A DNA stretch of 63,692 nt, counting the filler, from Dehalococcoidia bacterium (GTDB lineage: Bacteria > Chloroflexota > Dehalococcoidia > DSTF01 > RBG-16-68-14): the NCBI GenBank assembly GCA_040882355.1. It is 4 parts of 4 records of this genome, joined end to end, with 100 filler letters (N's around TTAATTAATTAA, not from the genome) between each part and the next. Parts side by side here need not be neighbours in the genome. Positions count along the whole stretch, not along the records: positions 1 to 17,992 come from JBBEBM010000049.1; 3 more parts are not named here. One strand, written 5' to 3'. Shown in pieces: positions 1-9,138 of the stretch. The notes below the pieces were generated by a model. That model made no database searches. It was given only the letters and a program-made list of their open reading frames with translations, and had not been told where the DNA came from. Numbering within the stretch: position 1 is the first letter of the stretch; each line of letters begins with the position of its first letter. The position numbers and the translations under genes are program-made.

Positions 1-112
1 CAGACCCCCCGGCATGGGGCGCTGCCCCCTGCACCCCCGTTTTTCAGCACCCTGCCAGCCCCGGCAGGCGCCTCCGGCGCCCTGCACCCCCGGATCTCCA
101 GCACCCTGCTAA
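1..112. mobile_element. Right-hand ends of two nested MITE-family copies (partial at window edge)
   Basis: cagacccccc-ggcatggggcgctgccccctgcacccccgtttttcagcaccctg matches the 3' part of the complete element at 36335-36478; a second end cagcaccctgctaa lies at about 99-112. Confidence 0.75.
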
Positions 113-184
113 GGCCGACCCTTCGCTGTCTTCAAGGGCAGGCGTCAAACAGGCTGCGCGACCGGCGGCGGTTATGATGAATCC

Positions 185-1159
185 GTGCGCTTGACGAACC
201 TCGCCGTTCTAGTGACGCTGAGCCTGATCTGGGGCTCGGCGTTCGCGCTGGTGAAGGTGGTGCTGGAGGACGTGCCGCCGATGACGCTGGTGGCTGGCAG
301 GATGACGTTCGCGGCGTCGTTCCTGACGCTGGCGCTGATCGCGACGGGCCGCGCCACACTGCTAGGCGAGCGACGGTCGTGGTTCGCCTTCGTGGCGCTG
401 GGGCTGGGGAACAACGTCTGGCCGTTCGTGCTGCTCACCCTGGGGCAACAGCACGTCGAAAGCAGCCTGGCCGCGATCCTCGTCGCCGGGATGCCGCTGA
501 CCACGAGCCTGCTGGCGCACTTCTGGATCCGCGAGCGGCTCACGCCGGACCGAGCGCTCGGCGTGCTCGTGGGCTTCGCGGGCGTCTTCCTTCTGATCGG
601 CGGCGACCTGCGCGACGTGACGGAGTCGAGCGGGCTGGCCCAGCTCGCGATCGTGGCGGGCATGGTCGGCTACTCGTTCGGCACGGTCTTCGCTCGCCGC
701 TACCTGGGCGACAGTGACGCCGGCGTCTGGGCAGCGGGCCAAACGCTGGTCGGCGCGGCGGTGATGATCCCGGTGGCGTTGGCGGTCGACCAGCCGTTCG
801 ACCTCTCGATCTCGGCGAAGACGGCCATCGCCTGGGTGTCGCTCGGCGTCGTCGCGAGCGGCGTCGCGTACCTGCTCTTCTTCCCGCTCATCCGTCGCGT
901 GACAGCGACGCAGGCATCGATGGTGGGCTACTTGATCCCGGTCTGGGCGCTGCTGATCGGCGTACTGATCCTGGACGAACACCTGGAATCGACCGCGTTC
1001 GCCGGGCTGGGCCTGATCATCGCTGGCGTTTGGATCGTCAACGGCGGTGGTCACTGGCTGGCGGAGCGCGTGTTCGGCCACGGACGAGGGGCCGACGCGC
1101 CACGGGTCGCCAGTGGCTCGACCGATGACGACGTGTCGACTGGACCAGCTCCGTCGTAG
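185..1159 (+). CDS. DMT/EamA family transporter
   Basis: About 10 hydrophobic segments with a duplicated EamA pattern (LIWGSAF...R; L.E.L); TATGAT 6 nt upstream of the GTG start. Confidence 0.9.
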   Translation: MRLTNLAVLVTLSLIWGSAFALVKVVLEDVPPMTLVAGRMTFAASFLTLALIATGRATLLGERRSWFAFVALGLGNNVWPFVLLTLGQQHVESSLAAILVAGMPLTTSLLAHFWIRERLTPDRALGVLVGFAGVFLLIGGDLRDVTESSGLAQLAIVAGMVGYSFGTVFARRYLGDSDAGVWAAGQTLVGAAVMIPVALAVDQPFDLSISAKTAIAWVSLGVVASGVAYLLFFPLIRRVTATQASMVGYLIPVWALLIGVLILDEHLESTAFAGLGLIIAGVWIVNGGGHWLAERVFGHGRGADAPRVASGSTDDDVSTGPAPS

Positions 1160-1489
1160 CTACTTGGCCGGCAGCGTCGAGGCGAAGTCGACGCCGCGCT
1201 GGACCCACTTGCGGAGCGCCGGCGCTGTGCGCAGGCCGGCAGCGCTCACGTAGACCATGCCTTTCATGGGGCGGCCGGTGAAGTCCATCGGGCGGGCGTG
1301 AGGCTGGCGCAGGGCGTCGTCGAAGGCGTCCGGGCCGACGCGCACCATCAGCTCATCTTTGACGATGCCGCAGCACATGTTGCCGCGCAGCATGAACGCG
1401 ATGCCACCGAACATCTTTCTCTCGGTCAGGCCTCCGTCCGGGCCCAGCGCCTTGCGGACGCGGTCTGCGAGCTTCTCGTCATAAGCCAT
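1160..1489 (-). CDS. TfoX/Sxy N-terminal domain protein
   Basis: MAYDEKLADRVR...ERKMFGGIAFMLRGNMCCG...LMVRVG...MDFTGRPMKG motifs. Confidence 0.88.
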   Translation of the reverse strand: MAYDEKLADRVRKALGPDGGLTERKMFGGIAFMLRGNMCCGIVKDELMVRVGPDAFDDALRQPHARPMDFTGRPMKGMVYVSAAGLRTAPALRKWVQRGVDFASTLPAK

Positions 1490-1600
1490 GGCGTTGCGCA
1501 TTCTAACACGGCGCCAGTCCATCGCCGACAAGTCGAGAGGGTTGACCACCTCGGAAGCCGCTCGTACCCTGGCAGCGACACGCTTCGCAGGGAGGTAACG

Positions 1601-2227
1601 ATGAGCATGCGAACCATACTGTCACGTTTCGCGGTTCTTGGCGCGCTGGGCCTCGCGCTCACGCTGGTCGCCGTCGCCTGCGACGACGACGAGGGCGGTG
1701 ACGGGACGGCGACCGCGACGACCGAACCACAGGCGACCGACCAAGCGCCGGCGCCGACGGCGACCGACGCTGCGGCGAGCGGCGAGCTGTCGCTCACGAG
1801 CAGCGCGTTCGCGGACAACGAGGCGATTCCCGTGAAGTACACTTGCGACGGCGACAACGTTAGCCCGCCCCTCGCGATCGGCGGCGTGCCGGAGGGCGCC
1901 GCAACGCTGGCGCTGATCGTCGACGACCCGGACGCGCCGAGCGGCTCGTTCGTGCACTGGACGGTCTACAACATCGACCCGACGACCGAGAAGGTCGCGG
2001 AGGGCCTCGCGCCGGGCGACGGCACGGAGGGGCTGAACGGCACAGGCCAGCCGGGCTACACCGGGCCCTGCCCACCGTCCGGGACCCATCGCTACATCTT
2101 CACGCTCTACGCGCTCGACGTCGGGCTCAACCTGGACGCCGCGGCATCAGGCAAGGAGGAGCTCGAGGCAGCGATGGCCGGGCACATCGTGGCGCAGACG
2201 GAGCTTACAGGGACGTACGCACGATAG
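1601..2227 (+). CDS. YbhB/YbcL (PEBP/Raf kinase inhibitor-like) lipoprotein
   Basis: GGAGG RBS; lipobox-like AVAC; SPPL, DPDAP, F.HW and GYTGPCPPSGTHRY motifs. Confidence 0.9.
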   Translation: MSMRTILSRFAVLGALGLALTLVAVACDDDEGGDGTATATTEPQATDQAPAPTATDAAASGELSLTSSAFADNEAIPVKYTCDGDNVSPPLAIGGVPEGAATLALIVDDPDAPSGSFVHWTVYNIDPTTEKVAEGLAPGDGTEGLNGTGQPGYTGPCPPSGTHRYIFTLYALDVGLNLDAAASGKEELEAAMAGHIVAQTELTGTYAR

Positions 2228-2246
2228 GCCGCGGCGTCTCGCGCGC

Positions 2247-3083
2247 TTACGCGAACTTCGGCGGGCGCTTTTCCGCGAAGGCGGCGATGCCTTCGCGAGC
2301 GTCCGGATGGTGGTCGGAGATCGCGGTCTTCGCCGCGATGTCGTCCAGCGCGTGCGCGAAGGTCTGCTCCGCCGCGTTGTAGATCGAGCGCTTCAGCAGG
2401 CGCATCGCGACCTGGGGGCCTCCAGCCAGCTCGCGCGCCAGCTCCAGCGAACGCTCCATGAGCTGCTCAGGCTCGACGACCTCGTTCACGAGGCCCAGCT
2501 CGAGCGCCTCCTGCGCGGAGACGATGCGCTTGCGCATGAGGAAGTCGAGCGTCCTCGCCACGCCGATGAGCTGGACGAGCAGGAACTGGCCACCCTCGTC
2601 GGGCATCAGCCCGAAGCGAAGCGTGGCGCTGCCCAGCCGCGCATCGGTCGACGCGACGCGGAAGTCGCAGGCGAGCGCGAGCGAGAGGCCGGTCTGGATC
2701 GCGACGCCGTTGATCGCGGCGATGGTGAGCTTGTCGACGGCGCGCAGCACGGCGTTGAGCGGCTGCGAGAGCCAGCGCAGCCCTTCGTAGGTGCCGGCGG
2801 GGTCGCGATGGCCGGGCGGGATGCCGGGCAGGAGCGCCTGCGCGTCGCCGTAGTCGGTGCGGGCGCCGGTCATGTCATCGCCTGCGCAGAACGCGCGACC
2901 GCTGCCGGTGATCACGATCACGCGGACGGCATCGTCCATCTGCGCCTGCGTCAGCACCTCGACGAGGTCGCGCTTCATGGGCTGGGTCGTGCCGTTCAGC
3001 CGCTCGGGTCGGTTCAGGGTGACGACGGCGATGCCCGGATCGTGGATCTCGACTGCGAAGCCGCGGAAGTTGCCTGCGAGCAT
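2247..3083 (-). CDS. Enoyl-CoA hydratase/isomerase family protein
   Basis: TLNRPERLN, GRAFCAGDD, AAING, LACDFR, EGIAAFAEKRPPKF. Confidence 0.9.
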   Translation of the reverse strand: MLAGNFRGFAVEIHDPGIAVVTLNRPERLNGTTQPMKRDLVEVLTQAQMDDAVRVIVITGSGRAFCAGDDMTGARTDYGDAQALLPGIPPGHRDPAGTYEGLRWLSQPLNAVLRAVDKLTIAAINGVAIQTGLSLALACDFRVASTDARLGSATLRFGLMPDEGGQFLLVQLIGVARTLDFLMRKRIVSAQEALELGLVNEVVEPEQLMERSLELARELAGGPQVAMRLLKRSIYNAAEQTFAHALDDIAAKTAISDHHPDAREGIAAFAEKRPPKFA

Positions 3084-3174
3084 GGTGGTTTCTCCTGTCT
3101 CGTCTCTGTGTGGGGTTGTATCATACCGCCGACAAGATGTCGGTATTATCGGTTGCATGCGGCGGCGCTTGGTC

Positions 3175-3292
3175 CTAGCAACGTGCTGAAGAACAGACGT
3201 GTACCTTTCCCACCCACCCGCCCGCGAAGGAACTTGAATCTGGGGGACACCCCCAGGCCCCCGGCAGGGGCGCTGCGCCCCCTGCACCCCCA
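3175..3292. mobile_element. Degenerate MITE-family copy (left end and core)
   Basis: CTAG-caacgtgctgaagaa left end and core cccacccacccgccc...gaatctgggggacacccccag...ccctgcacccc shared with 5596-5710 and 36335-36478. Confidence 0.7.
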
Positions 3293-3346
3293 CCTCTTCG
3301 TCGTCGTGCCGGCGCTTATGCCAAGCCCAGGGGTGCGCGAGGTCGA

Positions 3347-3898
3347 TCAACTCCCTTCCTGCGAGGGGGCTATGCGGTAGCCGAGGAGGCGCCCGATCGG
3401 CGCCAGGACCACGAGGCCGAGCTTCTGGACGGCGATCGGTATGCCGGGCTGGTAGTGCTCCTCGCCCAGGTCGCTCAGGATGACAGCGAGACGGATGATG
3501 CTCGGCACGCCCATCTTGTCGACCTTGCCCTCGCGGGCCAGGGCGTAGGTGATCTCGAAGAAGGCCTTGGTGTTCTTCGCAGGAAGCAGCTCGCAGCGGA
3601 CGCGGGCCTCGGCGTCGGTGGTGTTGTAGAGGCCGTGCGCGGTGCCGCGCGGGATGACGATCGACTCGCCCGCGTTGAGATCGCGCAGCTCGTTGCCGAG
3701 GCGGACGCGCGCTGTGCCGGCGATTACCTGAAAGCGCTCCTCTTGCACAGCATGGATGTGGTCGCGCGGGACGTGGGCGCCCGGGCGCAGCGTGTGCTCC
3801 CACTCGAGCAGCTCGCCGTCCGTATCGGCGGCGGTCTTCAGCCAGAGGACGCGCTCGCCGCTGACCGGGTTCTCGGTTGTGTTGCTCGCGTCGGGCAC
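3347..3898 (-). CDS. Cupin domain protein
   Basis: ENPVSGER, HIHAVQEERF.V..G and G..H cupin motifs; GTG start coupled to the upstream stop. Confidence 0.85.
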   Translation of the reverse strand: MPDASNTTENPVSGERVLWLKTAADTDGELLEWEHTLRPGAHVPRDHIHAVQEERFQVIAGTARVRLGNELRDLNAGESIVIPRGTAHGLYNTTDAEARVRCELLPAKNTKAFFEITYALAREGKVDKMGVPSIIRLAVILSDLGEEHYQPGIPIAVQKLGLVVLAPIGRLLGYRIAPSQEGS

Positions 3899-3899
3899 G

Positions 3900-4718
3900 T
3901 CAGCGGCCCTTGAACTGAGGATCGCGCTTCTCCGCGAAGGCGCGCGGCCCTTCGCGGGCGTCTTCCGTCGCCTGGACGATCGCCATCGAGTGGCCCGCCG
4001 CCTCCAGCGCCTCATAGACATCCGAGGTCTGGCCGCGGTAGACGAGCCGTTTCGCAAGCTGGAGGGCGACGGCGGGCCCCTTCGCGATGCGTTCGGCGAG
4101 GTCGCGCGTGGCCGGGATCAGCTCGTCAGGCGGCACGACCTTCGAGACGTAGCCGATGCGCAGCGCCTCCTGCGCGTCGACGAAGTCGCCGGTCCAGATC
4201 AGTTCGAGCGCCTTCGCCAGTCCGACGATGCGCGGCAGGTAGTAGCAGCCGCCATCGCCGGGGACGAGGCCGACCTTCGCGTAGCTCATGGCAAAGCGCG
4301 CCGTGTCGGATGCGATGCGGATGTCGGCCATGCTGCACATGTCCATGCCGGCGCCGACGGCAGGGCCGTTCGCCGCGCAGATGTAGGGCTTGTCGAGCAG
4401 CGCCACCTGGCGAGGCACGGCGTGAACGCTATCGCGCAGCCAGTTGCGCCGGTCGGCCGCGGAGACGGGCGTCGCGCTGCGCGCCACCTCGGCGACGCCG
4501 GAGCCGGACCCGGCGCGCAAATCGGCGCCGGCGCAGAAGCCGCGCCCGGCGCCCGTGACGATGACGACGCGAACGTCGCCGTCGAGCCGGGCGTCTTCGA
4601 GCGCCTGCGCCCACTCGCGGATCATGGTGGGCGTAAACGCGTTCATGCGCTCGGGGCGGTTCAGGGTGATGGTCGCGACGCCGTTTGCCTTCTCGTAGAG
4701 GATCTCCTCGAAGTCCAT
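3900..4718 (-). CDS. Enoyl-CoA hydratase/isomerase family protein
   Basis: TLNRPERMNA, GRGFCAGADL, NGPAVGAG, EGPRAFAEKRDPQFKGR. Confidence 0.92.
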   Translation of the reverse strand: MDFEEILYEKANGVATITLNRPERMNAFTPTMIREWAQALEDARLDGDVRVVIVTGAGRGFCAGADLRAGSGSGVAEVARSATPVSAADRRNWLRDSVHAVPRQVALLDKPYICAANGPAVGAGMDMCSMADIRIASDTARFAMSYAKVGLVPGDGGCYYLPRIVGLAKALELIWTGDFVDAQEALRIGYVSKVVPPDELIPATRDLAERIAKGPAVALQLAKRLVYRGQTSDVYEALEAAGHSMAIVQATEDAREGPRAFAEKRDPQFKGR

Positions 4719-4771
4719 CCGTTGCCCTTTCCTATCCTGTCCCTTCGCCCGTTCGCCCATCCGCCGTGTCC

Positions 4772-4795
4772 GGCCAGGCTGAAGGCCTGGCCTAC
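4772..4795 (-). repeat. GTAG-tagged REP-like palindrome
   Basis: Minus strand reads GTAG-GCCAGG-CCTTCAG-CCTGGC. Confidence 0.7.
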
Positions 4796-4968
4796 AGAGA
4801 GAGTCCGACGAAAAGAGGACACGGCCGACTCTAGCCTGACCGAGAGCGATTGTATCAGAATCGCGGCACTCTGGACGCTAGAAGCGCCATTTCGTATATT
4901 GTGCGGGACTTCACCAATCGAGTCCGCCGATCGGCGGACGGGCGCTACGGGCGCCCCGGAGGTGCATC

Positions 4969-5502
4969 GTGACCATCGAGACGCGCTGGACGGACATCGA
5001 CAAGCTGCTGCAGCCGTCGCCGCAGAGCAGCGCGGAGCTGCACGAGCGCGCGGTGCAAGACATCGCCCAGGCGCGCTTCGAGTTCCCGACGCCGGAGCTG
5101 GCCTCGTATCGCACCTACGTGAACGTGCCTCAGGTCACCCTGCCGGTGACAGACGAGAAGGGCAACGAGCTGACGCCGGACATCGTCGTCGTCGATACGC
5201 CGGGCAACATCCTGAAGATCGCAGCCCACGTCGAGACCGCCGACACGATCAGCGAGGAGCGGGCGCAGGAGATCTGGGCGCCCTTCGCGAAGCTGAATGA
5301 CACCGCCTTCTACCTGTACGTGCCCGTCGGCCAGGGGGCGAAGGCGAAACAGATCTGCAAGAAAGCGGGCATCCGCGTTTACGGCTTCCGGACGTGGCGC
5401 TACACGCCCCAGGGCATCGAGATCAACGACATCTCGGAGCCGCCCGACATCATGATCGCGCTGATGCCGCCCTTCGTGCGGAAGATCCTGCGCGGGGTGT
5501 AG
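4969..5502 (+). CDS. Hypothetical protein, possible PD-(D/E)xK-like fold
   Basis: GGAGG RBS and strong codon bias; PDIVVVD...HVET...W...FYLYVP pattern. Confidence 0.75.
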   Translation: MTIETRWTDIDKLLQPSPQSSAELHERAVQDIAQARFEFPTPELASYRTYVNVPQVTLPVTDEKGNELTPDIVVVDTPGNILKIAAHVETADTISEERAQEIWAPFAKLNDTAFYLYVPVGQGAKAKQICKKAGIRVYGFRTWRYTPQGIEINDISEPPDIMIALMPPFVRKILRGV

Positions 5503-5595
5503 TCGAACAGTCTGTCAACGGACACGAAACGGATTGACGGATGGCGGAAGGTCGACACGACGCGCTGGGCGAGCGCTCAAGGGGATCACAGACGA

Positions 5596-5710
5596 ATGTC
5601 ATTCGTTCCCACCCACCCGCCCAGTGGTGGTTGGATGAATCTGGGGGACACCCCCAGACCCCGGCATGGGGCGCTGCCCCCTGCACCCTCGTTTTTCAGC
5701 AGCCCGCTAG
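5596..5710. mobile_element. MITE-family copy (core and right end)
   Basis: atgtcattcgttcccaccc...ggcatggggcgctgccccctgcaccc...tttttcagcagcccg-CTAG; the CTAG overlaps the stop codon of the DUF488 gene. Confidence 0.75.
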
Positions 5711-6063
5711 TCCTGGGTTCCTCCGTCCGGCGATTCCACGATCTCCCTCAGCAGCGTGCGGTGGCAGCGCGACTCATCGCGGCAGCCGCAGAGCAGGGTG
5801 ACGTCGCCCGTTCGACTACGTTGCGATAGGTCGTCGAGCAACGCCGACCTCTCGCCGACCTCCGCCCGGTAGCAACGGGCGAACTCGTCCCACTGGACAC
5901 GCCCCGCCTGGTAGCCGCGGAGCAGGTCGAGGCTCGGCGCGAGGTCCTTCTCCCAGCCGTCGACGGCGTCCTGGCGCACTCCGCGCGGCCACAGGCGCAT
6001 GACGAGGAGGCGGTAGCCGTCGTCAGGAGAGGGCGGGTCATAGACGCGCTTCGTCCGGATCAA
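5707..6063 (-). CDS. DUF488 (YeaO-like) family protein
   Basis: IRTKRVYDPPSPDDGYRLLVMRLWPRGV...W.KDLAPS...CHR; TTG start overlaps the upstream TGA. Confidence 0.88.
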   Translation of the reverse strand: MIRTKRVYDPPSPDDGYRLLVMRLWPRGVRQDAVDGWEKDLAPSLDLLRGYQAGRVQWDEFARCYRAEVGERSALLDDLSQRSRTGDVTLLCGCRDESRCHRTLLREIVESPDGGTQD

Positions 6064-7157
6064 TCCACAGCCAGCGCCCGCTCGATCTCGTCTCGGTGCT
6101 CCGGGTAGCGTTCGCCGAAGGCGCGGACGAGGCCGAAGCAGCCGCTGATCATCATGTCGCCGTGGGGCGTGGCGAAATAGGGATCGAGGCGGCTGCCGCG
6201 CAGGCGGCCGCGTTGCGGGCCGGTCACAGCGACCAACGGCCGCGCGCCGTCGCGTGACGCGCCGTCCGCGTAGAAGACGCCGTGGCCCTTGCTGCCGAAG
6301 ACCTCCTCGTGGGCGAGGGCGCCGGTGACGAGGCGCTCCGTGAAATCTTCGATCTGCTCGGTGGTCATCTCGCCGGTGTGGTGCTCGTAGAGGCTGCGGA
6401 TGCGGGGGCCGCGCAGGTGGAAGGCGAGCGCGTGCATGTTGCCGAGGTTGAGCACGAGCTGCTCCTGCTCGGCGGCGACGCGCGGGTCCTGCAGCGCGCC
6501 CAACGCCGCCGCCGGGCCGGTGTCGAGGAAGACGGCCGGCGCCTCCCCGTCCACGCCCGCGACGAGCGTGCGGGCGCGCGTGAGGTAGTCTGGCAGCTCC
6601 TGCGGCAGGTAGGCGAACGCGAGCAGGTCGTTGCGCCCCTCGACGACGCGGCGCAGGTGGTCGAAGCGGAAGAGGCGGTCGGAGTAGTCGGGCGGCGAGT
6701 CGCCGTGGTCGAGGCAACCGAGCGCGAGGCCATCGAAGTCGCCCGGCACGTCGAAGGCAGCGAGGGCGCTGCGGATCGCATCGAGGTCGAGGTCGCGCAG
6801 CTCGACGCGCTCGACGTCGCGCAGGACCGCGGCTTCGTCGTCGCTGACGATGCGCACGCCCATCGCCTCGACGCGCGTGAGGTCGTCGTCGAAGGTGCGG
6901 GCGGCGTCGGGGGTAGCGTAGGCGGTGAGGCCCGCGCGCAGGTGGTCTTCGAGCGCCCAGTGGCACGGCCCGCCGCCCTGGATCACGCCGGTGAGGAGCA
7001 CCGGGCGGCGCGCCTCGGTGGCGCGGCGGATGCGCCCGGCGGCGATGCTGGTCGCGCTGGGCATGACGAGCTTGATGCTGTTCTCGACCGGCCCGGTCGA
7101 ATCGAAGACAAGGATGTCTTGTGTGCCGGTGCCTACGTCGACGGCCAGGATGCGCAT
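6060..7157 (-). CDS. DUF1786 family protein (actin-like ATPase/sugar kinase fold)
   Basis: ILAVDVGTGTQDIL, DHG...SDR.FRF, DTGPAA..GAL.D, N.GN.H, EHHT, GDMM.SGCFGL. Confidence 0.85.
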   Translation of the reverse strand: MRILAVDVGTGTQDILVFDSTGPVENSIKLVMPSATSIAAGRIRRATEARRPVLLTGVIQGGGPCHWALEDHLRAGLTAYATPDAARTFDDDLTRVEAMGVRIVSDDEAAVLRDVERVELRDLDLDAIRSALAAFDVPGDFDGLALGCLDHGDSPPDYSDRLFRFDHLRRVVEGRNDLLAFAYLPQELPDYLTRARTLVAGVDGEAPAVFLDTGPAAALGALQDPRVAAEQEQLVLNLGNMHALAFHLRGPRIRSLYEHHTGEMTTEQIEDFTERLVTGALAHEEVFGSKGHGVFYADGASRDGARPLVAVTGPQRGRLRGSRLDPYFATPHGDMMISGCFGLVRAFGERYPEHRDEIERALAVD

Positions 7158-7226
7158 TGTGCTTCGCCTCGCGAGGGAGTGTTTGGCTCTATTGTAGCAA
7201 CGGCTGCATGGATCAGGGGCTGGCGC

Positions 7227-8189
7227 CTACCTTTGGCCCCACCACTTCAGCACGCGCAGCGCTCGCAGGGTGTTCCAGCGGCTCGGCTGGCCGCGGCGCT
7301 CGAGCTGGAAGTGGGTCTTGCCCTGCCAGACCTGCTGCAGCGACCACCGCCCATCGTCCCCGCGAGTGCTCCGCACGATGTCGATCTCTTCGGCGAGGCG
7401 CTCGTCGCGCGGGGCGTTGACGGCTCGGAAATAGTCGAGCGCGCGGAGGATGTCGTAGTGCCAGTGGGCCGGGAAGGCGAAGCGAGTGAAGACGGGCTTG
7501 ATGACGTCGCCGGTGCGGTGAGAGCGGAAGAGCCGGTGGTCCAGGAGGAACTCGCGGCCGCGGCGCTTCGCCAGCTGCACGTCCCGGGTCTGGCGGCCGC
7601 GATGCAGTTCGTAGTGGCGGAGGCCCTCCAGCGCGCTGATGGTGGTGTGCACCGACGCGTGGGTGGCGCCGCGCGGGCGCCGGCAGTTCCAGCCGCCGTC
7701 GGGCATCTGCTGCTCGATCAGGTGGCCGGCGATCGCATCGAGACGGTCGTCGCCGTACTGAAAGTATGAGAGGATCGAGAGGCCCATTCCGGTGACACAG
7801 GTCTCGCTCCGGCCTGAGCCGCCGTACCACAGGCCGCCGTCGCTCTGTGAGCCACCATCGAGCAGCTCCCGGCAGCCACGCTTTGCCTGCGGGTTCTGCC
7901 CTGGCAGACCGAAATCCCGGAGGAGCAGCATGGTGTAGAAGGTCGATGTCCACTTCGGCACATAGAGGGACAATTGCGATGACGGCCCGCGCCCCCATCT
8001 GCCATCCTTGTCTTGCTCGGCGAGCAATCGAGCGCCCCAACCTTCGCCGGCGACCTTGCGCCGCTCGCGATCGGTCGCGGGTTCGGGCGCACCGACGAGG
8101 TCGCGCAGGGTCTGCCAGCGGATGGCCGGGTCCCCGTCAAGGAGCCACTGAACCGTTCCGTCCTGGGTAGCCGGGGGTGTAGCTGGCAC
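7227..8189 (-). CDS. Terpenoid cyclase/prenyltransferase-like alpha-alpha toroid protein
   Basis: WLLDGDPAIRWQ..RDL, Q..DG.W repeats, QQMPDGGWNC, WHYDILRALDYF, PSRWNTLRALRVL. Confidence 0.8.
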   Translation of the reverse strand: MPATPPATQDGTVQWLLDGDPAIRWQTLRDLVGAPEPATDRERRKVAGEGWGARLLAEQDKDGRWGRGPSSQLSLYVPKWTSTFYTMLLLRDFGLPGQNPQAKRGCRELLDGGSQSDGGLWYGGSGRSETCVTGMGLSILSYFQYGDDRLDAIAGHLIEQQMPDGGWNCRRPRGATHASVHTTISALEGLRHYELHRGRQTRDVQLAKRRGREFLLDHRLFRSHRTGDVIKPVFTRFAFPAHWHYDILRALDYFRAVNAPRDERLAEEIDIVRSTRGDDGRWSLQQVWQGKTHFQLERRGQPSRWNTLRALRVLKWWGQR

Positions 8190-8192
8190 AAG

Positions 8193-8627
8193 CTAAGAGG
8201 AGATGTACCGCCGGTGGTTCGCGTAGTGCTCGGAGCCGTCGGCGCGCGCCATCGCCTCGAGCGGCGCGTCCCAGAGATCGAGCGGCACCCGCTCGATGGC
8301 GAGCAGGCGTTGATCGAACGCGCGGTGCGCCCGTGCGCGCGCTTCGTCGAGCGTCAGACTGCTGTCCTCCGCCTGCCAACGGGCGTTGATCTCGTCGTCC
8401 GTGCCCTCGGGATCGGCGGGCGGCGGCCGGCCGTGGAGGCGCGCCTCGAGCGCCGCGGTCGAGTGCTCGATCCAGCGGGCGAGGTGAGCGTAGACGTCGC
8501 GGCTCGTCCAGGGGACGGCGCCCTCGCGGTGGAGGGTGGCGTCGGGATGGGCGTCGAGCGCTTCGACGAGGGCCTTCCAGTCGGCGTGGTCCTCGCGGAT
8601 CATCGCCGCGAGTGGTTCGGCGTCCAC
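8193..8627 (-). CDS. DinB/ClbS-DfsB-like four-helix bundle protein
   Basis: WTSRDVYAHLARW...D..N...EHY..H. Confidence 0.75.
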   Translation of the reverse strand: MDAEPLAAMIREDHADWKALVEALDAHPDATLHREGAVPWTSRDVYAHLARWIEHSTAALEARLHGRPPPADPEGTDDEINARWQAEDSSLTLDEARARAHRAFDQRLLAIERVPLDLWDAPLEAMARADGSEHYANHRRYISS

Positions 8628-8629
8628 GA

Positions 8630-8998
8630 CTAGGCCTGGCGAGTCCAGGCGGCGAGGTCGAAGTAGTCGCGCCACGCGGCGATCTTGCCGTCCTTGATCT
8701 CGAACGTGCCCATCACGGGCAGCTCGATCTTCTTCGCGCCCAGGAACTTGTCGACGCGCTCGGTGAGGACGACATCGCCCGAGGCGGCGATGTGCAGGAC
8801 CTGCCAGTCGCAGCCTTCGAAGGGTGCCATGAACTGCTCGATCATGCCCTTGATCGCGTCCTTGCCCTGGATCGGCTGGATGGGCATGTTGTGGTAGACC
8901 GCGTCGTCGGCGAAGAAGTCGATGATCGCCGGGATGTCGGCCTTGTTCCAGGCGGCGCAGAAGCGCTCGACGAGGGCGATGTTGTCTTTCTCAGTCAT
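8630..8998 (-). CDS. Limonene-1,2-epoxide hydrolase family (NTF2 fold)
   Basis: DAVYHNMP, VLTERVD, LPVMGTFE..DGKI.AWRDYFD. Confidence 0.9.
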   Translation of the reverse strand: MTEKDNIALVERFCAAWNKADIPAIIDFFADDAVYHNMPIQPIQGKDAIKGMIEQFMAPFEGCDWQVLHIAASGDVVLTERVDKFLGAKKIELPVMGTFEIKDGKIAAWRDYFDLAAWTRQA

Positions 8999-9006
8999 GG
9001 CTTGGC

Positions 9007-9126
9007 CTCCTATCGGACGCTGGTGACGACCTCTAGGTCGCCGCTACGGTCTCGTGTTGTTGGCGACCTGGGGTTCGCCGGATGTCTCCTATCGCACGTT
9101 GGTGGCGACCTGAAGGTCGCCTCTAC
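9007..9126. repeat. REP cluster with a 41-bp imperfect direct duplication
   Basis: ctcctatcggacgctggtgacgacctctaggtcgccgctac (9007-9047) versus ctcctatcgcacgttggtggcgacctgaaggtcgcctctac (9086-9126); a third hairpin lies between them. Confidence 0.75.
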
Positions 9127-9138
9127 AGCCGAGCGACC

